From contig NC_068991.1 of the NCBI RefSeq assembly GCF_001194135.2, forward strand, positions 78,205,396 to 78,269,395: 64,000 nt of DNA, read 5' to 3'. The stretch comes from Octopus bimaculoides (taxonomy: Eukaryota). Below, in pieces: positions 53,451 through 64,000 of the stretch. Every line of letters begins with the position of its first letter. Position 1 is the first letter of the stretch. The position numbers were made by a program, and so were the translations under genes. A model generated the notes under the pieces. It saw only the letters and a program-made list of their open reading frames with translations, had not been told where the DNA came from and did not search any database.

Positions 53451-56400
53451 CGATGACGATGGTATACTTATCTTTGCATAGTTGGTTAAATATGCTTGTC
53501 TTAATCTATATATTGATTTTTGTTTATCCTTTCCCCCACCCAAATCAATTCTATCTGGATCAATGAAGAGGTAATTTCTATACCAGTTATTGTGGTTGTT
53601 GACTTAAGTGTGCATACACACACACACTGTGTGGAGAAATATTTTCTTTGACAGGAGAAAAGATCGAAGAGAGAGAGACAGGATATGTGCTGTCCTTAGG
53701 ACAGTCCTGAAAAAAAAGAAAGTACAGGACTTAGAAAAATTCAAGGACTGCTGCATTGTGTGTGAATCTGAGTGGGGAATAGAATCATAATTAACTGGTT
53801 CTCCTGTATTCTCTTTTACCCAAAGCCAAGACATTTTCAGTACTCCCTCATATACGTGTGTGTGTTTTTTGTGTGTGTGTGTGTGTGAATGTGTATGTAT
53901 ATACTTATGCACACACATGTGTGTACATGTATGTTTGTGCATCTGTATTTATGTTTGTCTCCCACCAAACCTAAGAAACCAATACCAACTGCTGTTGGTT
54001 TGTTTATATCCCCATAACTTAAAAGCTTGGCAAAAGACATCAACAAAATAAGTATGATACTTAAAAAAAAATAAGCGCTGAGGTTGATTTGTCTGACCAA
54101 AACCTTTTATAGCAGTGCTCCAGCATGGCTGGAGTCCAATCACTGAAACAAGTAAAAGATAAAACATTTTCAATTGAAATTCCTCAATGTGGTTCTCTTG
54201 TTCCCCTAAAAGAAGCATGACATTATCATTACAGAAAACTATTTTGGAAAAATGAGATTTTTTATCCAAAGAATGATTCTATTTAATTTGCTATTTCTTG
54301 ATCTGATTTCTGTATAATTCTTGAACCATGGCTGTTTTTCTTTGCACCAACAGATTCCATTTCCAACGTCAACCATACATTCTAATATGAGTGTCTACCA
54401 GAAGATAATTGAAATCCAGAAATACATAGAAGCTCTTGAGTATCCTTTGTAGAAATTAAAAGAAAATGGTATTCTCCATTTATATATTTTTTTTATGGTT
54501 TTGTCAGTAAAGAATGAAGGGCAATGTTGATGGTTCTTTTACAAGATCCCAAAGACAAGTAGAGGGAAAGAAGGAAGAATTTTATATCCTTATATCAGAG
54601 ACATGATCCAAATGTTTGCAACAGAATGGATTCTGCCACTCTGCTAAAAAAAAATACCCAAGAATTAATCAGTGGTTTTTAACCATTTTAATGCCAACCG
54701 TCCTGAAACAAACACTTAAAGTGATCTGAATTAAAATCTTCCATAAAGATTTCCTGTTAAATTTCTTCTAAATACCAGCTTAAAAACAGCAAAGGTATTT
54801 TAATAAATTTTTCATTATATTTAAAATTAGCTGAAGAAAGGGTAGTGTATTCCAGCAGAAATATGGTAACAAACTGGTTAAAGTAATCTCAATTAAAACC
54901 TTCCTAAAGCTTGGAATCAAAATTTTAAAACAAAGATATTTACAGCAATCAAAATAAATCACTTCATAATTTTTTACTTGTTTAATTTTATTTTTATCCA
55001 AAGTTATTAAGCTCATGTTTAACTTATTGGCCCCATTTAGATTTAAAAAGCCATTAAACTTAATCAAGTCCCTCAGAATCTACTGAAACCCTTTTTAGTT
55101 TCAGAGTCTCTTCAAACTGTTTGGAGCCCCTAGAATTAATGAGGCCCTCTAAATTACCTTATTATGCTTTGAATTAGCTCTTTTTCAAATAGTGCCCTTT
55201 TTCAAAAATACTCTGAGCCCGTTTCCTTTTAATTTGAGGGTAATCAACAGTAATGCATTATCTCAACAAAGTAACATCAACTGTTTGGATGAAACATCTT
55301 TTCCACAGTTGGAAAGAATAAAAGGTCATTTGTGATCAGCTCTCGGTCAAACAAAGTTGGCTGCTCTTAGTATCATGTGCATTGAAGCAGATAAACTCCA
55401 TGAAAAAAAAAAAAGTTTTGATGACTCAATCAAAGCCTTTATTGTTTATAAATAAGAAAAAAATACAGTTTAATTTATTCTGTTCTTGGCTAAAAAATCT
55501 TTTAATTATTTATATTTCAGTAAAAACTGTGATACCTAATTTTAGTTTTCTCAAACTATTCATATCTAAAAAAAAAACCTGCTCTTAATAATTTAATTTA
55601 TTTATATTCTGTCAGTTTATTATGTGCAATATTTTATGTTGGCTTTTCATTTCTTCCTTAAATACTGATCCTTTAGATCAAACTGCATTTAGTTTTGTTG
55701 TTCAACTCTGTTCATACCAAACTGTAATGACTATTTGCCATGTTGCAATTCAATGGTGTGATACAGTCTTTTGGTTGTTTGGTTGCAGCAGCCAAATTCA
55801 TTTGACATGAACAATGAGATTTTGATTGGCTTTAGAAATCTAAACAGTTAAAAACAATGTATGCAAAACCACAGGGCACCCCAACCAAAACCAAAACCAA
55901 AAAAAAATAAGCCTATTGGCCCAAGGATTCCAGCAGATCTAAATCTGCCACATTTCAATATCCATATTATTTTACTTAATTGACTTTAGATACAATTATA
56001 CTGGGACACAGTTTTTCCATATCCAGAAGTCTAAACCTCTTTNNNNNNNNNNNNNNNNNNNNNNNNNNNNNNNNNNNNNNNNNNNNNNNNNNNNNNNNNN
56101 NNNNNNNNNNNNNNNNNNNNNNNNNNNNNNNNNNNNNNNNNNNNNNNNNNNNNNNNNNNNNNNNNNNNNNNNNNNNNNNNNNNNNNNNNNNNNNNNNNNN
56201 NNNNNNNNNNNNNNNNNNNNNNNNNNNNNNNNNNNNNNNNNNNNNNNNNNNNNNNNNNNNNNNNNNNNNNNNNNNNNNNNNNNNNNNNNNNNNNNNNNNN
56301 NNNNNNNTATATATATATATATATTTATAATGTGGGCAGCTGGGTGCAATATAAACCGTACAGGCAAAATTTAGTCATCACTAATTGTGACCGTATGTGC

Positions 56401-59400
56401 TACAAACACATATATTGCTAGAAATAGCAGTTAAACCACTCATAGCTGCATGAAAATACATTTATATATTCTAAGAGGATAGATAACTGCCCCATGAGGG
56501 AAGCAAAGCTGGAACACTGGATTGCAAAGTTTGCATCATCTGCTCCAGCTGAGGCAGGATCCAGGCTGTTCCATGAGCATCTATTCAATCTGGCATGATG
56601 TTCCCTAATGCCATACGTAGTGGACCAAAGACTTCACATTGTGTATTTCTAGGATCCTGAAAGAAAACTTGGGGTTATTTAAGCACAGCTTAAAGGGAAA
56701 CTCCATTACTCCAATATATTTCTTTGTGTTATTCGTGCTGCTGCTGCAATCATTGCCATTCCTGCTGTTTATAAGAGTTATAAGAGTTCAGGGGTGTCAA
56801 TGACTCTCACCATAACACTGGGTTAATCAGGTGGCGCTTGGGATTGGAGGGGAAGTTTGGTTTGTGATCTTTGATGGTGATAAAAGCATCTCTCTCTCTT
56901 TCTCACTCTCTCTCTATACATATATATGTGTGTGTATTTATATATATTTTTATACCAAAAATTAGGCAAAAATATTGTATCTGTTAACAAACTTAGCAAA
57001 ATACTCACAATTGAGTTTTTGTATATATATTGACTTAAATGAGAGCTCAAAACTGATCCAGTGAAAATACTTTATTATAATAATAATAATGAAAATGACT
57101 TATGATCATTATGCACGAATCGATCTGGATATTGCATCGAAATGATCATAGGTCATTTTCATTATTATTATTATAATAAAGTATTTTCAATGGATCAGTT
57201 TTGAGCTCTCATTTAAGTCGATATATATATATATATATCATCATCATCATCATCGTTTAACGTCCGCTTCCCATGCTAGCATGGGTTGGACGATTTGACT
57301 GAGGACTGGTGAAACCGGATGGCAACACCAGGCTCCAATCTAATTTGGCAGAGTTTCTACAGCTGGATGCCCTTCCTAACGCCAACCACTCAGAGAGTGT
57401 AGTGGGTGCTTTTACGTGTCACCCGCACGAAAACGGCCACGCTCGAAATGGTGTCTTTTATGTGCCACCCGCACAAGCCAGTCCAGGGGCACTGGCAACG
57501 ATCTCACACGAAAATCCTACGGGAGCCAGTCAGGCGGTACTGGCAACGGCCACGCTCAAAATGGTGCATCTCATGTGCCACCCGCACAAGAGCCAGTCCA
57601 GGGGCACTGGCAACAATCTTACTTGGCTTGCTGGGTCTTCTCACGCACAGCAAAGATAAAGAGAGAGAGATTACATATATGTATGTGTGTGTGAGTGTGC
57701 AGGTGCGCACGCATGTGTGTGTATGTATATATTTATATGTATGTATGTGTATATATGTTCCAATCTTTCAGCTTAATGGAAACAGCCAAAGAAATTATGA
57801 AGGAATGCCTTCCAATCAAATGTCTTGAAGCTGTCATACTTGCTGTGTATCCTTCACTCAAAGACAATTAAACATGTTTTCTCAATATTCTCCCAAAGGA
57901 AATCCAAATAATTTTAAAGTACTTTTTCACAACTTTTGTGTTGTAGAAGGGGTTTGTATTTTTTGTCATCATTTTGGAGGAGTGTACGTCATTCTTATTA
58001 TCATATTTATTGGGTGGACTCTTTTTAATTATCATATTTATTGGGGAGGAGTCTTTTTAATTATCATATTTATTGGGGTGGAGTCTTTTTAATTATCATT
58101 TTTAGAAAGCTTGCCATTTTTATTATCATTTTAGGCCAGCCTCTCCAACACATTTTTTTATCATGTTCTTTTAAGGTTTTACCTTTTTTTTTTTTATTAT
58201 CATGAGTGGTGTGAAGGTGCGTGGCTTAGTGGTTAGGGCATTTGGCTCACAAACATAAGGTTGTGAGTTCAATTCCTGGTGACGTGTTCTGTCCTTGAGC
58301 AAGACACTTTATTCCCCATTGCTCCAGTCCACTCAGCTGGCAAAAATGAGCTGTACCTGTATTTCAAACGTGGTTCTCGGGGGAGATTCAGCATGGCACA
58401 AAGTGTGGCAAGGCTGGCCAATACAGGGAATAAAATTACAAAAAGAAAACAGGCTTGTGGCAAAACAATATAGGTGCTTACTGTACATGATCGTTGGCAT
58501 AACCTGCTAGAAATAACATCTAAATCTCCCTTAAATTCAAATGTCTGCCCTGGATGGTTTGAATTGACAACCTTCATACTCTCTCTCTCTCTCTCTCTTT
58601 TGACTGCGGCCATGCTGGGGCACTGCCTTTAGTTGAGCAAATTGACCCCAGGGCTTATTCTTTGTAAGCCTAGTACTTATTCTATCGGTCTCTTTTGCCG
58701 AACCGCTAAGTTACGGGTGATGTAAACACACCAGCATCGGTAGTCAAGCGAAGTTGGGGGGACAAACACATACACACAAACATATACACACACATACATA
58801 TATATATATACATATATACGACGGGCTTCTTTCAGTTTCCGTCTACCAAATCCACTCACAAGGCTTTGGTTGGGCCGAGGCTATAGTAGAAGACACTTGC
58901 CCAAGGTGCCACGCAGTGGGACTGAACCCGGAACCATGTGGTTGGTAAGCAAGCTACTTACCACACAGCCACCCCTGCGCCTATAATTTTTTTTATGTCC
59001 CTTCATCCTGGATAGAAAAACCTATGTATTTAAGGTAAGGTGACTATTCTAGATGGTTAGGTGTGCCGTAGCAATGAAGAATTAAGTATTTTAGTAGCAA
59101 TGGAGCATTTATATCTAGTTTCCAACCAGGGATCTACAAACCCCTAGCAATCTACAAGGGGGGTCTATAATCTGAGTCAAACATTTCTTGAGTGAACAGA
59201 CCTTTTGAAATTTAGGGTCTGTGAGAAAAGTCATTTCCATAAAAAGAGATCCTTTGCAGTGAAATGATTGGGAACCATGCAACCACTTGATTTTTCTATA
59301 AATAGCAGCAAAATTTCCCTTGCATCACTTCCTCTTGTTACAAAACAAGAAGGACACAGTGGATGATGTAGTTGTAGATGTAGAAAGAGTTGAGATGGTC

Positions 59401-62400
59401 ATGTATGGAATGCCTTTGATCATAGATCAACTCAAACAAGGTTGACTAAACTAAGGCAAAATTACATTAACGAGAAATTCTCTGCCCAGAAACACAATGT
59501 GATGCTTGTCATGGACTTGAACCCACAACCCGTGACCAGGTTGTCCAATCACTTTATCCACTCAGCTATTATGACCTCGGCTCATTAATGACATAAATAT
59601 ACAAGAAAATTAATTCTAGCCCAACCTGGAATCAAAACAGAAGGTTGTGGGTTCAATTCACAAGGTGCTCCACCTCAACAAACATATCCTTGTTGCTGTT
59701 GTTATCATTGTTGTTTAACCCCAGGTTAGTCCTGATGGAAGAGATTTAGGATTGAAGACATCCCAGCCATGACCAACGCAGCCTTTTTTCTTTCTGCTGG
59801 TCACTTGTGGTCAAGGGTCACTTTGGTTGCATGTGCCATCTTTGCACTGCTTTAGCTGCCTGTACTGTTGTGACCAAGCATAAACAATCTCTCAAAGCTG
59901 CCCCACCTCCTTTGATCCAGTGAAATGTCCCAGATGTGACTGCTGATGGGAGAGAGGGGTCACACCAACGTTTTTCTGGGGCTTATTTTTGCTGAGGAGA
60001 CATGAGCAACATGAAATAAAGTTCCTTACTCAAAGACACAATGTAACACCTGGTCCAAAAATTGACCTCACAACCTCTTGATCATCAACCCAACAACATA
60101 AACATTCAGCCACATGCCTGCACTTCTAGACAATGTTTCCATGACTCTGTTATCCTATGTATCCTTCCATTTTTCATAATAGTAAGGTATGATTTTTGAG
60201 AGATTTAGTAGCTATTTCTAGCAGACAAGGCAACCACATAGTGGTTTCTTCCATTACCCATTCTTAAATATCAATACTTTTAAATAACCAATCAATAAAA
60301 TTGAAGAATTTCCTGAACGAGACAAAGTTATATGACAAATGGGATTCCAGTTCTTGAAAGGTTTTCAATTGGGTTCAAGACAGTCTTCAAAACTGTGGAA
60401 TATCGACATGTTGTCTTGGGCCTCTACTACAAAGGGGCTTACGGTGCTCTTGGCATGAGTCGGAGGGAAAAACTCATGTATAAACCATTAGTTTATTCGG
60501 TAAGAGGATTTTCTTTTTATCTTTTGACCATTTTCTTTGATAATTTATAGGGTCCCCAACTTTATCACCCCTTTTTTTTAAATGAGTTTTCCCACAGACC
60601 CCAGGATATTGAAAGGTCTGTCAGCTTAACATGCTCACAGACCCCCAGTACAACCATTGCGGATCACCAGGGGTTTGTCGACCTCATGTTGGGAACCATT
60701 GATTTATAGCTTCAACTGCTGATCTGTCCCTGACAGAATTTTCACTGTCTCTGGCACAAATTTGCCACACATCATCATTGGTATCTCTTTGTGTGAAGAA
60801 TTTCATTCCTTTGAATTGTATAAACTATAGGTTATCTACAGAAGCCATTTTTTTTTTCTCTCAAAAAAACAAAAATTGGCAAATCAGACAAGAGAAACTG
60901 TATGGAATCATCCATGAATCCACTTGTAAGTGCATAACTGTGTGTTACTGATGCACATACCACCATGCATATGCATTTGCAATATGTATGTGCATAGCTG
61001 TGCATTGCCAATGCAGGCCACTATGCACAAATATGTTGACACTAAATTGATTGACAAACACAGTGGAAATGAGAGACTCTGGTAGATATATGAGGCAACC
61101 CCTATCACCCTACACTAGAGATGAAAAAAAGGAAAAGACTTATTGATAATAGATTGGTAAACATGCTTTGATATGTGCCGCAGGCTGGTTCACATCCACT
61201 GCTTTGTTAGTTTGCACACATTGGTGTGTAAATAAACATCCATCTGTGTTTCATGTTTGTGTGTGTGTTTATATGCAAGTGTGTAGTATTGTATGTTGGT
61301 AGAGGAATTCCTTATTTTTTATTCTCTTGGATTATTAGAAAGAATGGTGAAGAGATTTGTAAAATTATAATTTGATTCACATTGATGAAGTCACGGATGG
61401 CAACAAAAGGATTCTGAGAAGCGTGGCTGATTGATTGATTGGCCAAGTGATTAGACAAATATTCGATTGGTCAAACAATTGGCTAAATGTCTAGCAGACA
61501 GGTATAACCAATACCAAAGAAGAGTAATTCCCAGAAACCAGCCAGTCTGTTGGTTCCTGTCAATGCTAGATGGGAGTTGCCCACTCCCTTGTTTGCAATA
61601 TAACAGACAGATATTCTTTTCTGCTCTAGGCACAAGACCCAAAATTTTGGTGGAGGGGGATAGTCAATTAGATCAATCTCAGTACACAACTGGTACTTAA
61701 TTTATCGACCCCCAAAAGGATGAAAGGCAAAGTCGACCTTGGCAGAATTTGAACTCAGAACGTAAAGACAGACAAATTACTGAAAAGCATTGCGCCCAGC
61801 ATGCTAACGTTTCTGATATTGTGTCATTAACCTGCTGGAGGATGTGTTCTCCTGGGGTTAAAAAGAGTAGTAACAGTGTTCTGTACGGAACAACCCCATT
61901 GAGGTGGTAACAACCATTACTTCGAAGTAGAGTAACTACTTGCCTCTCATAGAGATTTTGGAACTAGCCACTTTACTTGCTGATTAACTAAAGGACTAAT
62001 TGGTTAAGTGATTAACTACTTGAGTAATAATAAGTAATAATTTGAAAAAGTGAAATAGAACCAGTGCATGTGTTTTGGTTGGCATTATGACCCTCCCAAG
62101 ATACAACAAAATCTTTTTCATCACATGGCTTCTCGTCCGGAACCTTACAAACCAAATAAAAAATTTTTTTTTTAATTCAGAATCTTTTATAAGTTTTAGA
62201 TTTTGAGTTGAGACGTTGCATTTGAATAAAAACAATAAAAACATCCACTATTATTACTTTCAGAGTTTACATGAATTGATATTGAATTACCAGCTGTCTT
62301 ACAAAGACTGTAAGTTATTCGTTTTCCCAGTTTAGTCTGGTTGTAAGGTGTTGTGTTGCTCTGGCAATGAGACAGCATGGGTTGATGCTCGTTGCTTACA

Positions 62401-63978
62401 ATAGGTGCATGATAGTTCAAGATATGTATGTGTGCATGTGTATGTGTGTGTGTGTGTGTGTGCATTTGTACGCTGTATGCATACATACATATGTACATAT
62501 ATACGTTTGCATATATGAATGTGTATGTGTATATGCATGTATGTTATGAATATCTGTTATGTATGTATATATGTGTATATGTCACAAGTGCACCATAACT
62601 TACTACCTAGCTAAAATCATCATCATCATCATCGTTTTAATGTCCTATACTTGCATAGTTTAGATGGAATGCATTGAGGCAAATTTTCTGCAGCCGGATG
62701 CTCTTCCTGCTGTCAACCCTCATCTGTTTCCAGAAGGATAATGTTTCTCCCTGGCCAGACGTGTTTTCATAGAAGATCCTAATCAAAAGACACCAACTTG
62801 TATGTTGTTGACATTCATTTGCAACAATCACACGAAGTCCAGTCAAGATTCTAACACCACTAGAATCCTGGTTGACTGTAGCTAATAACCAAATAAAAAC
62901 GTCCATTCAGATCTAATTAAACACGACACCATAAAGAATATAAAGAAGATACTAAGAAACCAGATTCCATTGCCATACCAGAAAATGAGAGAATTCTAAA
63001 GAGTACAAAGACAAGAAATAAGAGTACAACCAGTCTGGTGAAAAACGTACTCAACACCAAACCAATGAGAATGAATCCACAACTCCATAGACATCACAAT
63101 AACAGTTCTTCCATTCAAACAAGTATAGACCTCTCATCTTCTGAACCTTTCAGAATCTTTATGTATATAAAGAGTATGTTGGTTGCAGTGGTTCCTCCTT
63201 GTTTCAGAGAATTTCTTTCTTTCTTTTCATTTTACTTCCTTATTTATGTCTCTGATGGCTGGCAAGGCTGATTTCTGTCTGGAGCAATTGTCCTCAAACT
63301 TTACATCTCATGGTCAGTGAAGGCCTTGATTGCATTTGGCAGCCCTTTCATCATGACCATTTAACCTCTTCATGCTGGCTTGGGTTGAATGATCCAGCGA
63401 GTCACAGGGCTACATCAAACTCTGGTACCAGCTTTGGCATGGTTTCCACAGTTGGATGCCCTTCCTAATGCCAACCAATTAACAGGGTGGGCTTTTTTTT
63501 TCTTAGCACCAGCACTAGTGAGGTTGCCAGGTAATTAGCAAGACAAAAAAGTTGGTAGAAGAAAATGGAAAAAGAAAGAAAAAGAAGAAAAAACCTCCAC
63601 TTAACGGATGGGAGAGATATAAAAAGGTGAGGCTGTGATTGTAAGCCAGGTATTGAAGGACTAAGTGGTATGACAGAGGATAATTCTTGAATGGATGAAC
63701 AAATTGAGAAGGAACTTCGAAAGATCATCGTTTTTTTCTTTGTTTTAATCATTATTTTTGTATTATCTTTTAATGGCAACAGTTGTCATCATTGTAAAAT
63801 CTTTTAATTATTTTTCTAATTAGCAAATATATCTGTCTTACATTTTTGTTTATTTTTAAGGATTTTATTTACTTCTTTTCTTTTATTTCTTCATCCAGAT
63901 GGTCACAAACTGCTAAAACTTCATATTGGTTTACCAATTACCCATAATCCTACATCATGTAGAAGTATTGTATGGAAG
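49092..63978 (+). CDS. VASH: Vasohibin family tubulinyl-Tyr carboxypeptidase; 7 coding exons (C1-C7), 3' end beyond the window
   Basis: join(49092-49304,54354-54439,55990-~56046,57772-57846,60328-60499,62264-62309,63899-63978) gives a stop-free, phase-consistent protein: ...[31 protein letters not shown]...LPK/IPFP...IQKYIEALE/YNYTGTQFFHIQKSKPLx(G)/LMETAKEIMKECLPIKCLEAVILAV/YMTNGIPVLERFSIGFKT...YRHVVLG...YGALGMSRREKLMYKP.../SLHELILNY...Y/GHKLLKLHIGLPITHNPTSCRSIVWK. It is collinear with human VASH1 motifs recalled from memory (TWERMW, YNHTGTQFF, LPIKCLEAVIL, RHIVLG, GALGMSRR). It is probably a co-ortholog of VASH1 and VASH2. Confidence 0.95.
50176..51141 (+). mobile_element. mariner (DD34D, Hsmar1/cecropia-like) transposase pseudogene in vasohibin intron
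   Basis: TA+TCAGGTCATCCCATAAG terminus; ATG at 50362; HLRHIMLYEY, frameshift in an A-run, HTH RTGRP, GKWVTHEL, HQDN, YSADLSPSNYHLF. The segment with the first Asp is deleted and the 3' end is truncated. Confidence 0.9.
51283..51328 (+). ncRNA. degenerate hammerhead-like fold inside vasohibin intron
   Basis: AAAACUGU-CCAGCGA-AC(AGGAAC)GU-GAAA-CUC-U-GAG-U-A|ACAGUUUU. Stem I is 8 bp, stem III is ACUC/GAGU and the triplet is GUA, but the core deviates at U4, G5 and A6. Confidence 0.5.
53715..53852 (+). mobile_element. mariner 3' end fragment
   Basis: QDLEKFKDCCIVCESEWGIES* resembles the mariner C-terminus; terminus-like TTCAGTACTCCCTCATA followed by TA. Confidence 0.5.
54354..54439 (+). CDS. 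VASH: vasohibin coding exon C2 (86 nt)
   Basis: Acceptor tttttctttgcaccaacAG; IPFPTSTIHSNMSVYQKIIEIQKYIEAL+GA; donor GTATCCTTTG (U12 type), phase 2. Confidence 0.88.
54440..55989 (+). other. U12-type (minor spliceosome) GT-AG intron, phase 2
   Basis: The 5'SS is GTATCCTTT exactly at the exon end. A branch-like TTACTTAAT (55972-80) lies ~10 nt before the AG, with no long polypyrimidine tract. Confidence 0.88.
55990..56042 (+). CDS. VASH: vasohibin coding exon C3 (last ~4 nt and donor lost in N gap)
   Basis: Acceptor ttacttaattgactttAG; A+YNYTGTQFFHIQKSKPL, then the gap starts at 56043. Confidence 0.9.
57031..57220. mobile_element. fold-back MITE inserted in (TA)n, inside vasohibin intron C3-C4
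   Basis: 57031-57110 pairs with 57141-57220 (3 differences); terminus CGACTTAAATGAGAGCTC; TA repeats on both flanks. Confidence 0.85.
57238..57655 (-). mobile_element. SINE family C with GGAAGGGCATCCAG motif and (GAT)n tail (RTE-related)
   Basis: The minus strand ends ...CATGCTAGCATGGGAAGCGGACGTTAAACGATGATGATG. Related copies at 48770-48870(-), 62617-62830(-), 63340-63540(-) and 53285-53460(+). Confidence 0.75.
57772..57846 (+). CDS. VASH: vasohibin coding exon C4 (75 nt) with catalytic Cys
   Basis: Acceptor caatctttcAG; C+LMETAKEIMKECLPIKCLEAVILA+GT; Cys codon TGT at 57821-23; donor GTATCCTTCA (U12 type), phase 2. Confidence 0.93.
58213..58540 (+). mobile_element. SINE family D (clear tRNA head; CORE/V-like central segment)
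   Basis: A box TGGCTTAGTGG, B box GTTCAATTCC, then CCTTGAGCAAGACACTT...GTCCACTCAGCTGG and CTAGAAATAACA. Related pieces at 26458-26690, 20745-20910, 37470-37680, 52480-52665, 59290-59460 and 59960-60120(-). Confidence 0.75.
58598..58982 (-). mobile_element. SINE family A, full-length young copy in vasohibin intron
   Basis: Near-identical to 35050-35438; its CpGs are retained despite CpG-poor surroundings. Confidence 0.9.
59113..59281. mobile_element. hAT-like MITE relic
   Basis: Decayed termini ...GTTTCCAACC / TTGGGAACCA, resembling CAGTGGTTCCCAAC-type TIRs. Confidence 0.4.
60328..60499 (+). CDS. VASH: vasohibin coding exon C5 (172 nt) with catalytic His and Ser
   Basis: Acceptor tttcctgaacgagacaaAG; T+YMTNGIPVLERF...YRHVVLG (CAT 60407-09)...GALGMSRR (AGT 60458-60)...KPLVYS; donor TCG|GTAAGA. 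Confidence 0.95.
60547..60702. mobile_element. hAT-like MITE relic
   Basis: TAGGGTCCCCAAC ... GTTGGGAACCATTG inverted termini. Confidence 0.45.
62264..62309 (+). CDS. VASH: vasohibin coding exon C6 (46 nt)
   Basis: Acceptor ttattactttcAG; SLHELILNYQLSYKD+T (compare human TLSELVLDFEAAYGR); donor ACT|GTAAGT. Its phases 0/1 fit both neighbours. Confidence 0.82.
63899..63978 (+). CDS. VASH: vasohibin coding exon C7 (80 nt)
   Basis: Acceptor tttcttcatccAG; AT+GHKLLKLHIGLPITHNPTSCRSIVWK (compare human WHVLKKVKLGQSVSHDPHSVEQIEWK); donor AAG|GTAAGA. Confidence 0.88.
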
Positions 63979-64000
63979 GTAAGAGGGGAACAAAATTGCG

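Larger units (their letters stand above)
57847..60327 (+). other. U12-type (minor spliceosome) GT-AG intron, phase 2
   Basis: The 5'SS is GTATCCTTC exactly at the exon end. A branch-like TTTCCTGAAC (60309-18) lies ~10 nt before an AAG acceptor, with no polypyrimidine tract. Confidence 0.88.

Noticed and set aside
58213-58290. tRNA-like A/B boxes here and in the family A and B heads
   Set aside because: No cloverleaf or acceptor stem, and they continue into repeat bodies; these are SINE heads, not tRNA genes.
60159-60168. GTATCCTTCC inside the second U12 intron
   Set aside because: It lies within a decayed family D repeat and no plausible exon ends there.
62900-63280. Purine-rich open stretch considered as a vasohibin exon
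   Set aside because: No similarity to vasohibin; exons C6 and C7 already join in phase without it.

Overview
Eukaryotic, AT-rich draft-assembly sequence with many N gaps and dense microsatellites. The repeat landscape (tRNA-headed SINEs, RTE, L1/Tx1, Penelope-like and mariner relics) looks like an octopus or other coleoid cephalopod genome; this is an inference. The first ~44 kb contains no recognisable host gene and is a mosaic of decayed transposons. The last ~20 kb holds the 5' part of one + strand gene, a vasohibin (VASH1/VASH2-type tubulin detyrosinating carboxypeptidase). I assembled seven coding exons by hand (49092-63978); the catalytic Cys/His/Ser motifs are intact and the gene runs off the window end. 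Main observations: (1) Two minor-spliceosome (U12-type) introns flank an in-frame two-exon cassette that carries the catalytic Cys, and a third candidate U12 intron lies in the 5' UTR. (2) Four minimal type-I hammerhead-ribozyme folds are present, two of them downstream of Penelope-like ORF remnants and one in sense orientation inside the vasohibin intron. (3) CpG-retaining sequence switches sharply to CpG-depleted sequence just after the putative first exon. (4) There are three long fold-back elements, one inside the intron of the catalytic cassette. (5) One SINE family repeatedly abuts (ATT)n tracts and forms tandem arrays. Most long ORFs in the supplied track are artefacts of N runs and microsatellites. 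All family assignments come from motif recognition by eye, not database searches.
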